A stretch of 64,000 nt of DNA from Raillietiella orientalis (lineage: Eukaryota), in contig JAYWIR010000039.1 of the NCBI GenBank assembly GCA_036172245.1, forward strand, positions 1,488,001-1,552,000, written 5' to 3'. The translations under genes and the position numbers were made by a program. How positions within the stretch are numbered: the stretch's first letter is position 1; every line of letters starts with the position of its first letter. The notes beneath the pieces are model-generated. The model had not been told where the DNA came from. It saw only the letters and a program-made list of their open reading frames with translations, and did not search any database. Positions 1 through 13,121 of the stretch are shown here, one piece after another.

Positions 1-3000
1 AGCAGGATGAAGGACTCATGAATTCGAATGTCGTTCTGAGAACATTCAAATCAACGCGACAGCAAGCTTCCTTCTGTTCCGTCATTCATGATTCATGATG
101 ACTTCCTCCTTACTCCTCACTCCGACCACGCTCCGGTCCACGAACCAGCAATGCTCTTCGTATGAAGGAAACGAAGTTGTTGTTTTCCATAAAACTGGGC
201 AAAGACTTCGTTTCGACGATTTTCGAAAAACCTTGCAATTTGAAAGAACCCAGTTGTTCACATGTGTGTTTTTTTCTTTTTTTCTTCTTCTTCTTTTTCT
301 GGAGGTGGCAAATTTAATCTCTCACTTCCAGGAAAGGAAAAAAAAGAAGCCATTGACTGATACAGGGACGATAATGTATATCTTCTACTCTACCATATGC
401 ATCAATTCAAAAAGCACTATTTGCCTTCTAAGAAGAAAGCATTAATAAATCAAATTAATTTTTCATCTGACATGGTTTCCAGGATACATGGATCCGCGAA
501 AGTTGCGTATAAATATCGATTATATAGTAAAAAGTCATGCATATTAAAGGTCTTGGTAACTTCAAAAAGAGCCAGGGAATTCATCAATACCAAATGCCCT
601 AATTTTAAAGGCAAAAAAAATGTAAAAGAAACAAAAAGGGAAAGAAACTACATACTGTTGGGGTACGTGTAATTTTTATTAGGTTGATTGGTCTTCATTT
701 CAAGGAAACGACTGCAAATGTCGGGCTAAAGTATTGGAAAATGAACTGGCAAATTTCCATATTTGCTTTTTTTGACCATTCTACCAAGTTTGATGTCCAC
801 CAACGTCAAGTTTGTTTTCTCTGCACAAAACGAAACAGAATTTATATACATACATTATATATAAGACAAGACTTGCGAAATGAAATATCAGCTCTGCAAT
901 TTTTGAAAGAAACATGCTCACCTCTTGGTATTTCAAACTGCATGCACTGCAAAAGCAAAACCATCTTTACTTCGACGTGTTTGCGCGAATCGGACACTTG
1001 AACTGAAAACTGAAGTATTTTAACACTCAACACGTGATTGCATTCGAATTTCGTTTTTTAGCAGTAAAATTCTCCGACGTGCAGTTTCGTGAACCGACAA
1101 TTTATTCCCTTCGAAAACTGTCCATTTGAACCCAATTTGATAATTATCATGCTCCACTAAGTTTGCAAGAAAAAGAGAAAACCCACAATTGCCAACTTTA
1201 TATGAGAAATAACGTGGTATTTACTCGAAGTGTTCTAAAGCGTTTCGATTAATGACACGTTATTTTGTCTATCATTTCGTTATCAAGCAGTTGAATTCTA
1301 TCGCATGAATGACAAAACTGGATAAAAATTCAATTTGATTTGAAGTTTTGATCAATAAATGTTTGAAGGAAATTACTTATCTCTAAATGCTTATGACGAT
1401 AAAGTTTTTAAAAGCACGAGTTTTCGTCATAAACAGCCTTTTTGAAAAATATATATATAAAAAATTCGCATGTAATTATGAAGTCAAATTACAACCCAAC
1501 TAAACCTGCTTCCCTGTGAATAATTCAGCCCTAATTTGAATCAGGGGTCCATCCCCTATCTAAATAAACTAATTGAAGATGATGAAATCAGTAGCGCAGG
1601 GAAGCTCGCTGAGCACGTGACCAAAACTCTGCATTTTAGCGTGTTTTTCAGCACGCTAAAATGCTGACCCCAATTTCATAGAACAGCTCTTCGTACCTTC
1701 TTGCTTAGCATCTACTGCCAGTATAACTGTTTTAAAGTCTGCATAAATGCTCCAAGGTTTCATTTCGATGGATCGCGACGAATGAGACTTGCTGATAGAA
1801 CATCGATAGAATGCTCGAATTTAATAGAGCAGTGATTGGGAACTCGAAGCATAGGGAGGAGGTTCGTACTTTATATAATTTTCCCAAGTTCCCGTCAACT
1901 GCCAAGCCAAAAGAAAAAAACCTGTCCCAACGTTTCGGTCCGGAACGGAACTGCAAAACAAGTTTGTGCACGTTGGGAGGGGGGGGGGGAGCAGCAAGCA
2001 CACGAATCTCCTATGCACGCTCGCAGGCACACACACATCGGTCGACCTGACCAGCAAGAAAAACACGCTCTCTCCGATAAACAGCTCACACGGATGTATT
2101 GTGCCTAACGGCTTCTTCGGATGGGAATTCGATCAGCTGTTCATTCGAAGATCCGTTCACAAGTACATTTTACAGTTGCACGGAAAAAAGTTTTCTGCAT
2201 GAGCACGGCAAACACACACACATCGGCTGAGAGTACAAAGAACGCCAAGGACTGAAGGTGGAATCCTAATTTATTCCACTTGTGGGGAGGAGGCATAGAT
2301 GATGGTGAAACGATTCCGCTACCGTGTCCTCCGTGGAATGTAGAGGCTTTTTTATTTTTATTTATTTTTTTTTCTTTTCGTAGTGGAGCAAACCACGCAA
2401 GTTACGGTAACCAAGAGACGCAGTCACAGCAGTCACATATCCTCCGAGCACGTATGGCCGCGCAAAGGACTTCAAAAGTCTTTCAAGGTGGAAAGGGGGG
2501 GGTTGGGGGGCGAAACGACTATCCTTGAAAATGTGGAAAATGGTACAAAATTCGCATACTCATGGGTGCAATGCAGCTGATTCCGCCAACCTCGTCGATC
2601 TCACGTTCTCACTGCTTGAAGCACATGGTGTGTCCCTTTTGCACATTTCAACTCGACTTCGGGTCCAGCGAACGGCTTCGGAACGACCCCTACCAGCTGC
2701 GTCAAAAACACATCACTGCTACCATTCAATTCATTGCCGTCTGTTTGCACCTTTATCTTGTGCATAGGAAAAAAAATTCGGCAAATCAATAAGTTTCCTT
2801 CTTTTTTTTCTTTTTTTTTTCCTCTCTCTCTCCTTTTTTCCCTCTCTCGCTCTCTCTCCTCCTTCCTTCCTTCCTTCCTTTCTTTCCCCAAATAAATACT
2901 CACTATTTTGTGCACAACGAAATATTTACGTACCGCCGAAAAATAGTAGCCGCGATGGAAATGTGTTCCATGTTCTGGATCACACAGAAAGGATGGCGGG

Positions 3001-3098
3001 ATTCGTTTATCATCACAACTACTTGTAATGCTAACCTGAGCCTTTGCAAATTGTGCAGCAAGTGAAATACAGCGTGCTCGTCCTAATCGGGAAGGGAT

Positions 3099-3121
3099 TT
3101 CACACGCTTCCATCGTGGGAA
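3099..3121. promoter_or_regulatory. Two Su(H)/CSL consensus sites ~250 bp upstream of the Hey ATG
   Basis: TTCACACG at 3099-3106 (CGTGTGAA on the minus strand) and CGTGGGAA at 3114-3121. Hey genes are established Notch/CSL targets. Confidence 0.65.
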
Positions 3122-3362
3122 CGCAATGGGGAAGTGACTCGCACGCTGGGAAGATGCAGCATGCAAGACAGACGACTTTTCTAGCTTGCGTTAGGTCGAC
3201 CGTGTGTCAGTTTTGCAGGAAGCATGGCATAGTGCGTGCTGAGCGTGCGTCACTGTACCTGCAATATTATGACCTAGTTAGTCAATACGGAAACCAAGGA
3301 ACGAAATTAATCGCCTAAAGATTTGACCTTTCTTAAAATCCGAGCATCCTCGACTCATGTGA

Positions 3363-3791
3363 ATGATGATGAAAAGAACGTACAGTGATGGAGAATGCGA
3401 TGTCTTTAGCGATTCCAACACGGAAAAAAAGTAAGTAGAAGAAATTTTGTGACAGGTATTCCCTTTGTTCTATGTGCAATCAATTCAACTCTTCCGGATG
3501 CTTGCGAAAAGACGGGATTTTGAAACGTTTCGAGTTTCGGCATCTCGCTTTGAGAAGCTTCCTTCTTTCTTTTTATATATATATATATATTTGGAAGGGG
3601 AGAGAAGGGGGAGAGGGGAGGTTTGGGATATTGAAAAAAATAAATAAATCGAGTCATTGGAGATGCGATCGGATGTCCATTTTGCCATATGAAGGCCGCG
3701 CACACACGATGTGGCTTTTTTTTTTTTTCTTTCGTTTTCCTTTCTTTAATTTCGCAATTTGCTAAAAATTGACAAATGCGGCTCTTTCGCT

Positions 3792-3823
<32 letters not shown>

Positions 3824-5523
3824 TTTGTCGAAAGCACAGCCAAGGCGCAGTGTGAGGGCATCGGTCTAATTCTGTATGTCCATCTTTGCAAGCTGTGAAA
3901 CGAATCAAGAAGTCTCTTGTCATGTGGTCATCCGCAAGAAGCGGAGGGGCATCATTGAAAAGCGTCGAAGAGATCGTATCAACAACAGTTTGGCGGAATT
4001 GAGACGTCTAGTCCCTGCAGCATACGAGAAGCAAGGCTCTACCAAGCTCGAGAAAGCCGAAATCTTGCAACTGACTGTCGATCACCTGAAAATGATCCAT
4101 GCCAAAGGTTGGTACAAACGTCTGCAGAGTTCGCAAAAAAAAAAAAAAATTGCATGCCCGAACCCCTCCTGCAGCTCAACTTGATTCTTGATCGAAATGT
4201 TGAAACACTGTGGTGTTCTGTTCCAGGTCAATCTCTTCCTTGTCATCTGATCTCGGGTTTATTTTTTTCGGGTAGTTCATGACGGAATCTTGCACTGACG
4301 GGCTTTGGCAGAGCAAAGCAAATCATCTTGAATTGCAAATAAACGCGGGGTGCATCATGTCGGTAACCACTAATGGTCCAGTGCATTTCTGCGGTTTCTA
4401 GGAAAGCGGTTTTCAGCGCGGGCATCACTCGCGGTGATCGCACAACGCCATCCGTGGCTATGAAGTGCGCGGTGCCATGGATACGCGCTTTTCTCAACCT
4501 CCTGAAAGCAAATCTCCGGTATTCGTTTTCCTCCCCAGATCTGAAACAATACATTTATTATGCCTAAGGTCCTTTTTCCCCCCTTTCTTTCCTCCTTTTT
4601 TCGGGAGGCCTTAAATCTTCAGATGTGCTCTCGCTTGTCGAATCTGACCACGAGATCACGTGGCATCCATCCATTTCAACAAATCCACACTAGCTGTCTG
4701 TACGAAGAGCATCAAAAGCGTTCTCCGTCAAACTTTTCGTACCGTCTTGCAACAACTTTTAAAATCTAAAAATGGTCGCGGGGATTTGTTGGGGAATTTT
4801 TTTTTTTTATTGTTCTTGTCGTCGTTGTTCATTCAATTGTTTTTTTTTTTGTCTTCCTACTGAATGCATTTGGTCTGAAAATTTCCAGCCATAAAATTCG
4901 TTACGTTTTTAGGATTAGATGTACTAGCATATGATCCCCATAAACTTGCAATGGATTACCATAACTTGGGATTCCGTGAATGTGCGGCAGAAGTCGCACG
5001 TTATTTCGTAACCGTTGAGGGGATGGACCTGCAAGACCCACTCCGGTTAAGACTCATGTCACACCTGCAGTGCTTTTCTGCCCAAAGAGACATCGCCGCT
5101 AAGCAAGCCACGACATGGTCATTTCCCAACGCAGGTTCGAACGTTTACGGGCCGTCGTCCACTCAGCCATCCGCAGCATCCCATTCTGGATTGATGGCGT
5201 CCCATCTCGTGTCCAACCAAAATCTGGGAGGATTAGAAAATGCCACTCATTCAATGACCGCCTTTTCCGCACAGAGCTCTCTGGGTGTCTCCATGTTTAA
5301 TGAGTCCTTATGTTCGAACCAGTCGATAAATCGATTAAGTAGCAGCAGCACACCCATGTCTTCTATCCCACAGACATCTCAGTCGTCGTATCAGTATGCA
5401 AATTTTAATAGTTTTCCAGGCATGGGAACTATTTTAAGCACCCAAAGCAGTGGCAGCGGTTATTCGAGTCCTAGTGCTCAAGTAAAGCCTTATAGACCGT
5501 GGGGTGCAGAACTGGCTTATTAG
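3363..5523 (+). CDS. Hey: Hey (Hairy/E(spl)-related with YRPW motif) bHLH-Orange repressor; exons 3363-3430, 3893-4107, 4913-5523
   Basis: Exon 1 reads [22 protein letters not shown] with donor AA|gtaagt. Exon 2 carries the b[57 protein letters not shown]. Exon 3 carries the Orange domain [19 protein letters not shown] and the C-terminus [12 protein letters not shown]. Splice phases are compatible (2 and 1). Confidence 0.96.
3791..3823. repeat. (TG)n microsatellite in Hey intron 1
   Basis: Direct TG dinucleotide run. Confidence 0.9.
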
Positions 5524-6279
5524 TTATTATAATTTAAGTGACGTATCATTACGTAAAGTTCTAGTCGGTCAGTTAGTCATCATAAAGCTTAAGAAACCTT
5601 CAGATGATATAAAAAAGTTTGTTTATTCTTTTTCATTTATGCATTGGCATTTCAGTATTAATTCTTATTATTATTATTATTATTATCCATGTAATTATTA
5701 AAAGTATTCGAAGAAGTGTTAATGCATTATTCAGAAGTACAATATGTTGTTTCATGAGAAAATGAAAATATTTTTAAAATTTATCTTTCATGTATTTTTA
5801 TACTCTAATTTTGATACATAAATATATTTATTGAGTTGTTATTGTTTTGCAGACTGCTTATTTAAGTTTCGTACCTTACGATGCGTGTTATGATAGGAAA
5901 AATTCTCCTCCTCCTTTTTTTTTTTTTTTTGAGTACATATGCAGTTGCCGGACCGAATGCTGAGGAACATTTCCGTGTGTGTGTGTGTGTGTACATAGAT
6001 TTTATATCCAGATTTGAGTACACGGGATCATTTATCATCATGGAAGCTCATGATGAAACATCCGCTTTTTTTCTTCTTTTCCTTTAAAGCAAATCCATGG
6101 ATTCTGCACAGTTCTGCTACTTTCCATTTTTAAAGTCGTGAAACGCTTGCTAATTAAATAAAACTCGTACACTTCTTCACCCACGTAATTTTGACAGTAC
6201 TCTCGATTTCAGCAGGATAAACATTTCATCAAATGTATTCGAAAGAAGTATGTACGAAATCGTGCTGAATCTTGATTTA

Positions 6280-6750
6280 GCTTTGACCAGGGACGCCCGG
6301 GGCCCTGTTCACATTTCCATAAGCAAATGCACTTGTTTCGAAAGGCCTTCTTCAGAGTAATCACTCTTTATCGATTTTTCAAACAAATGCTGGGAGTTGG
6401 TTATCTCAGCATTCGTTATCACTTGCCTGATCCGCTTCTTTCTCTAAGAGGAATCCTTTCAGGCTCATTCTAAGGCCTTCGGGTTCTCCGAAACAGACGG
6501 ATTCGCCAGGTGCTCGGCCGCTTCCCTCCCAGCTTGCATCCAGGACCTCTGGACTGCGTCCCTCCCAACACCTTCCCCATGTCGGATGGAGGGTCTTTGA
6601 AAGTCGCCGTGCATGTAGAGGGGCGCACCGATCTTGATGGGTTTCTACTACATTAGCCCAGAAATCCAAAAAGCCTCAGATCTAATCGCGAACTTGATTG
6701 CAGTCTTCATGAAGTAAACGTACTATTATGGAATCGGAAGCCCATCCACA
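6280..6750 (-). mobile_element. Possible heavily decayed APE-type endonuclease fragment of a LINE
   Basis: Minus-strand pieces across frames follow APE motif order: FHNSNVY (~WNVxG), NVVETH (~LQETH), GRAPGESVCF (~RGVAIL), PEGLR (~EGR), AYGNVN (~GDFN). All are degenerate. Confidence 0.35.
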
Positions 6751-9119
6751 CATTTTCTAATGCCGCCCTGTCTTTTACCGAACGCTGCAGAAGTGTATTT
6801 AGAGGATTTCGCGTCAGACGCCTAATCTTTGATCATGTGAAAAGCGGTAAATTTCCCGAAAGTCGATAAGGAATGGAAGAGGTTGTCTTTTTTTTTTTTT
6901 TTTTCGAAAATTTCAAGGTCATCTTGTATAAGGACGAGGAAGGAAGGGAAAAGAGAGAACCTGCGGATCAGTTCTTCGAATACGGAATGACCCATCGGGT
7001 CGACCCTGAAATACAAACTTTTGAATTCGTACTTAGGTTTTATCACTTCTCGAACAGACTCGTGCCGATCGGAGCATTTTGAAAAGGAAATCGAAAACGA
7101 GTGTGTGTTTGTGATGACGAATGGCGTGACCGTGTGGTTGACTTTTGTCACGACCGCGGGATCTCGGATTTTTCTTCTTCTTCTTATTCTTCTCGTACAA
7201 TCTCCATGCTTTGGATTGGATCCGATCTGATAAAATATACGCGAAATGTGTTTTTCCTTTCAGTGTTCGAAATTTCTCTTCAAAACCACTTTTTTTCTTT
7301 TTATTGCTCACATGGGGCGAGCGTCCCAACGAATTCATGTTGTGGGGTAACTGAAAGAAACGGGATTTTTCTGTATCCTTCAGTATGTTCGAACGAATCT
7401 GCACGGAACTTTTGGATTTTTTGTGTTTTTCCAGTGGAATGATCCGTATTTCTGTCTTCTTAGAAACGATCCAAAGAATTTCGGAGCAAGCTTCCGGTAT
7501 GAAAAGAAGGATGCCTTGGTTCTGTTCCCAAGAAAAGAGTTCCACCTCGCGTACGCAGGGTTTGCCATTTTGTTTCAGCTGAAGTCTTTGAATCTATGCA
7601 GACTCCAACGGTTCTCTCTCTCTCTCTCTCTCTCTTGCTCTTCTGAAGAGACTCCTCAAAAAACAGGAAAGCTCCTTTTTTCTTTATAACGATCCTTATT
7701 GGCGAATTCGTAGAGATGCATCCTTATAATACGAACAGGATAAGATATAGAACGCAAAGTTAACCTCCGGTACAAACCATGGAAGAAAGCAACTGGATTG
7801 GTGTTCTCCAGAAGAGTATAAATTGCAATTTTGTTAAGCGTGCCTCGTAAACCGGAATACCACCGAAACTTTTCTTCTTCTTAGGCAGAAAGGTGCCCTA
7901 ATCTTATCTTCATCTTTCGCAATTTATCAAAGGGACGGTATTCCTTCCGAATCGCATATCACTTTGAACAGCGGTAGAGGAAGAACCGTCTACACATTCT
8001 CCGCTTTCCATCCAGAGAAGGCAAGAAATATTATTACTCACTGCTGAATGAATGAATCTCATGATTGGCAAGAGTTTCACTTGGTTCTCAGATTTTTCTT
8101 GTGCGAATCCTCAGAGAGCCAAAAAAAAAAAAAAAAAAAACGTGAACTACGAGGCTGCAAGACGGTTTCGTGGTGTGGTGATGCAGCGATGTCTTTTCGT
8201 CTGCTTGCAAAACAAATTAGCATCTCTTGTGCTTCGGATGAAAATATTCCATTTGTACCTTCGCGAAATACACTGCTACTTCACGGTATTGCAAGTGTTT
8301 TTTTTTTTCTCCCCCCCTCCTTCGAGTACTTTATGAGTTTGCATCACCATCCCGAATCTTGTATCGATTAAAAATTGGATTTGTTCGGCAAACAGTGCTT
8401 TGATGTACGTTCGGGATGTAAGTAAGCGTCTTGTTTAACTCGGATACTCCCCCAGTAGATACAGACGAAAGTATTACGAAGCAGTCGGTCACAATCTACC
8501 GGATTTAACGCAAACAGAATCAAGAAGGATGAGAAACGTTTCCGGAAAGCTCCCGAGGATTTTTCGAAAAATGGAGCTGCAGAGTATGTACTCCGCTGAA
8601 GGATGGTGGTGCTTTCCAGTTCGCCGGATTTTCGAACCTCTCCTCCACGGATCACCCGCCCTCCCCGTCTGTCAACACCGGCGATATCGTCCGTCTGAAT
8701 TCATCCCGCGATCCTCTGGCGCATTTCGCTTCCCGTCCGGGCTTGCAGGAAGGATGCTGTACTTTGAGCTCCTCTTCGCCGATGCTCGCGAACGATGAGC
8801 AGAGTTTTCGGTAAGGAAGCGAATCTTCCGCGGGCTGCTGCTTGCCGCTACGCGACCGGAACGAAAAGGGGATGCAACTTTAAACGCTGGACGCGCCCAC
8901 TCCACCGCAATCAACGCAAATCGCGCCAGCTGCTGGTACATCGAAGCCGCCGCCTGGCGCATCCTCTTTGCGGCCTCCCGCTTTCGAAAGCGTAACCCGC
9001 CCGACCCCACGAAAGAGGCGACGCCCGTGACCCCATCGCGGAAGGAAACCGCTGCTTTCGACCCCTCAGGTCTGTTTCACGAATTTGGGAACGCACGCGC
9101 GGCACGCGTTGTGCCTGCC

Positions 9120-9125
9120 TCTCCC

Positions 9126-9178
<53 letters not shown>
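9120..9178. repeat. (CT)n microsatellite
   Basis: Long CT dinucleotide run. Confidence 0.9.
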
Positions 9179-9180
<2 letters not shown>

Positions 9181-12100
9181 ACGCCGTCCGACCGCGTCTT
9201 TAATGGATTCGTTGCCTTGGACGTAATCTCCTCACTGCCGGGCAGCTTCTCGGCAAGGGAGGGTTCCGTGCCTCCGAAGAGGGAGGAAGAGCGCGCAACG
9301 GAAACGGGAGTTTCTCTCAGCGCGGGGCGCGTCCTGGATTCTCTCGAACCCGAGCTCTTGGATTTGGCACGCACTTTTTTGTGCGGATCTGATCCCCAGG
9401 ATTTTCCCGACAGCGGACCCAACCCCGGTCCGACCGGAGGCTTGCAAGGTTTCCTCCGGAGCTTGGAAAAACAAGGACCCTGGCTCGCGACTGATGAAAA
9501 GTGAATGAATTACGTGTTTAAGTGCTTCTTCGTGGGTTCAGAAGTTCAGCGGTTTTGCAGATCCATACACAGATAGATAGATAGATAGATCTCCCTTTCG
9601 TTTTTTTTTTCTTTTTTGTTGTTTTCTTATTTCCCTTTCTCTCTCTCTCTCTCCCTCTCTCTCTCTCCTTTTTTTTCCTTTTTTGCGTGATGTTTTTATT
9701 CATGGGGTATTCCTCCATGCAGTCTCCTAATCCGCTGCGATTAGGAGGAATCGTGCAACCTGAATCATCACGTGGCTTGTGCGAGTCGCGTGTCGAACTC
9801 GTGGGAAACGAGCGGCCCCCGTCTTCTCATCCATTGAGTTTTCAGATGAATGAAAGGAAATATTTTCTAATTAATGATTCTGCCACTATTGACGTTCAGC
9901 AGAATCATTGATGTACATATATGTGTGTGTGTGTGTGTGTGCGCGTGTATATTTTTCCGTGGATATGCATATTACGAAACAGGAAATCCAATATCGCGTA
10001 AACACTTTATGCGTGCGTGATCTCATACACGTGTTTAACCATCACAGATCATCCCTTACAACCTAAAAAACACATCGCCATTTCATCCTGCCTTCTGCGC
10101 ATGTGTGTTCTGGATCAACGATTCAAGCACAATTATGCACACGTCGGTTGCCAAAGCCTTTCTAGGCGAAAAATGAAAAGAAGAAGAAAACGGAAAACGA
10201 ATGAAAATGTGTGATAAGGCAAAGTCAAATTTTCATGAGGTCGGAGAGATTTCGGAAAAACTTTGCAAAGGATTCTGGCAGAGCATAAGGAAACCATTAC
10301 CTCCATGATGCCGACTCTAAGAAACTGATCCTTACACCGAGTCCCCCGAGTGAACTGCGGTGCTGGAGAGATTTTATGGATTCCCGTGTGCATTCACACG
10401 ATGTCAAGCAGTATGTACTAGCGGAATACAAAAGGGCTATATGGCACTTTCCGTAGACTCTCGGTCTGCACGCCTCCTCCCCCGCACACCTACGAGGAGA
10501 TGGAGTGCGCACGTCACAGGAGATGCGGCAAAACACAGCGCAGGAGTCGGAACACGAAAACCGGCTGAGCGGAATCACGCGGGAAGCACATCCACGAGAA
10601 GTTCAAAAGTGTCAAAATCAAAATTGGTGCGGAAAAGAAGCGACCCGCACCTCATAGGTGTAGGAAGGAGGGTGCGCGGGCAAACAGCAAAGAAAGCAGG
10701 CACCGCTTCTGTATTCTTACCAACTTCGTCTTTCTTTTTCTTTTTTTTTTTAAAAAAAAGAAATGAATCTGGAAAATGTGCATTGCTGGTTTTCTTTGTT
10801 CCTAGCGGCCCGCCTCGAACACCTCCCAGCGTCAAAGACTGCAAAACAAAAAGAAGTGCACGTACGGTTCAGCGATGAATCAGCAGCCTGAGAAATCCAT
10901 TCATCGGAACATTAATCTACTCGATTCACGATCGATGGGTCCGTAGTGATACACGAAGGGTCTCCAGAGTCCTGATCCAACCCGATGGCCAGGATCTCTC
11001 TTCGTCCTTTTTCCGAAAAATTCGTAATACACGGGGAATCATCCAGCAGCGACCATGAACGGTGCCTCCCAATTCGTAATACGTTCGTATCGCTCCTCGC
11101 GTCCGACTTGAGCCCCTGTTTCTTCCGTCCTGTGACCAATTTTTTTTTTTCTCTCTCTATCTCTCTCTCTCCATCAACGCGATGGCCCCTTTTTATCTCA
11201 ATGCTCCCATTATGGATTTTTCTGGTCCCGAAGTGTGGAGACCGAAAGGAAGGCTTTTCGTTCCACACTTTGTCGCCTGGGATGACCGTGCCTTCAGCGA
11301 TCGTGCTCCCTTGCCGCCCGAACAAAAAAGCGTTTCGAAACCGAATGGCATTCCCCCCCCCCCCGTTCGTCCGTCGATGATTTTCTGCATCCTTCTTCAT
11401 CGCATTTCCTTCTGATAACAAGTCTTAATTTATCTGAGCAAAGTCGCTTCCCACCCACCCTTCCCAAGTTCGGATTGCACGCGGAATCATTCAGGACAAG
11501 CATGTCAATCACGCACTGTTATTTAAACAGGCAGATGATGAGCTTCCATCGCCAGATCTTATCTGCTTCGGGCTCTCACAACTCTTCACGCTCGTCCTCG
11601 TCTCTGCAATCACCGATTCCAGGTCCGCCGATCGAATCGATGCACAGAATCCGTGATTTCAAGCGATTCCCCTCCGACCCTGTTCCTCCGCCAGCGAAAG
11701 ATTTCTGCAGAGCTCGCTGTACACAGGTCGCGGGGACACGCGAGATCCCGTGGTCAGCCAGCCCCCGTACGAGCAGCATCCCTTTTTTTTTTGTTTTTCG
11801 CGAGCCTTGGCTTTCCTCCGCGAATTTCCTCCTTGGTTCCTTTTCCGCGTCAAGTACGTACGTGGACGTTTTCACCTAGTCGACACCTGGCAACCCTCAA
11901 GATGTTTTTGTGCCTCTCGAGCTATCTGTTGACCATGATCCTTCAAACCTCTCATGATCGCATACGTAAGGAATCACCAAAACTGGAAAGCGATCTCCAC
12001 AGGAAAGCTGTAATCAGAGTGTGTTCCAAGAAATCGAGCGCGTGACGCTCCTGGTGAATCGCTATCTTATCCAAGAACAGAATGAATTGAAAGAAGGGGG

Positions 12101-13096
12101 AGGAGGAGAAGGTAGCAGCAAATTTTCTACTTTCATACTAAAACAAACCTTCTAAAGAAAAAGAACGGCCGTAAAAAAAAAAAAAAAAAACTACGGCAAT
12201 ATTCAAACATGCAAATACATGAAGTCTGGATGGGAAAGGCATTGGAAGGAAGACAGATGCATCTATAATGTTCATTCTGAATTGAGGAGAGCCTATCACT
12301 GGAAGGCACAATTTTTCGGTCATGTTTTAAGCATTAAACAACAGCACGCGCGCCTCCAGAAAGCTTAAATACACACCAGGTGCACGCCGGTGCGAAGTGA
12401 AATTAATTGATTACGACGACTTTCCTGCATTTCACACGGTTCTATCCCCGGGATGAGGGTCCACGTTTACTCAACAGCGGCACCTCATCCAGTATTGAGA
12501 GCGTGATTGCGGATGCTTGTTTTCCTTATTCTGCGTTTTTATATAAAGAAAGATAGGCTGGAATTTCTCGGCGTCCTTCGCTCACGTGTACTCAGCAAGG
12601 GGGGGCATGCACCTGCATGGTGGGGGGGAGGGCATTTCTTGAACGACAGCGTGTTGTCCGATGCTGTTCCTGCAGACAAGCACCGGTTCGGCCCTTCGGC
12701 AGTCGGATCCAGATTCGTTCGACTCCAAAGGTTGCCGAACAGATAAGGTGCACACGTGTTCACATATATCTTTTGCCTGGCATAATGTGAGAGAACTTTG
12801 GGTTTCTTTTTTTTTTTTTTTTTGCTTCTTAAACAGGATACAATTCAAATGATTTTTTAAAATCTACATTTATAAAGTCGGCTAATGGTCACTTACGACA
12901 GGTCACTAGACGATAGCTCCGCTGCGCATGCTCACTTTCTACCCAGCCCAAATGAATGCTCTGTGAAGAATCCATTAGCAGCGAGGGGAGCAACTGGAAA
13001 GTAAACATCCAAGTGCTTTAGTTGGTGATTCTTTATTATCATTATTATTGTTATTTCTATGCACATAAGCAGTTGACAAGGCGATAATTAAGCCAA

Positions 13097-13121
13097 GAGA
13101 GAGAGAGAGAGAGAGAGAGAG
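13097..13121. repeat. (GA)n microsatellite
   Basis: GA dinucleotide run. Confidence 0.9.
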
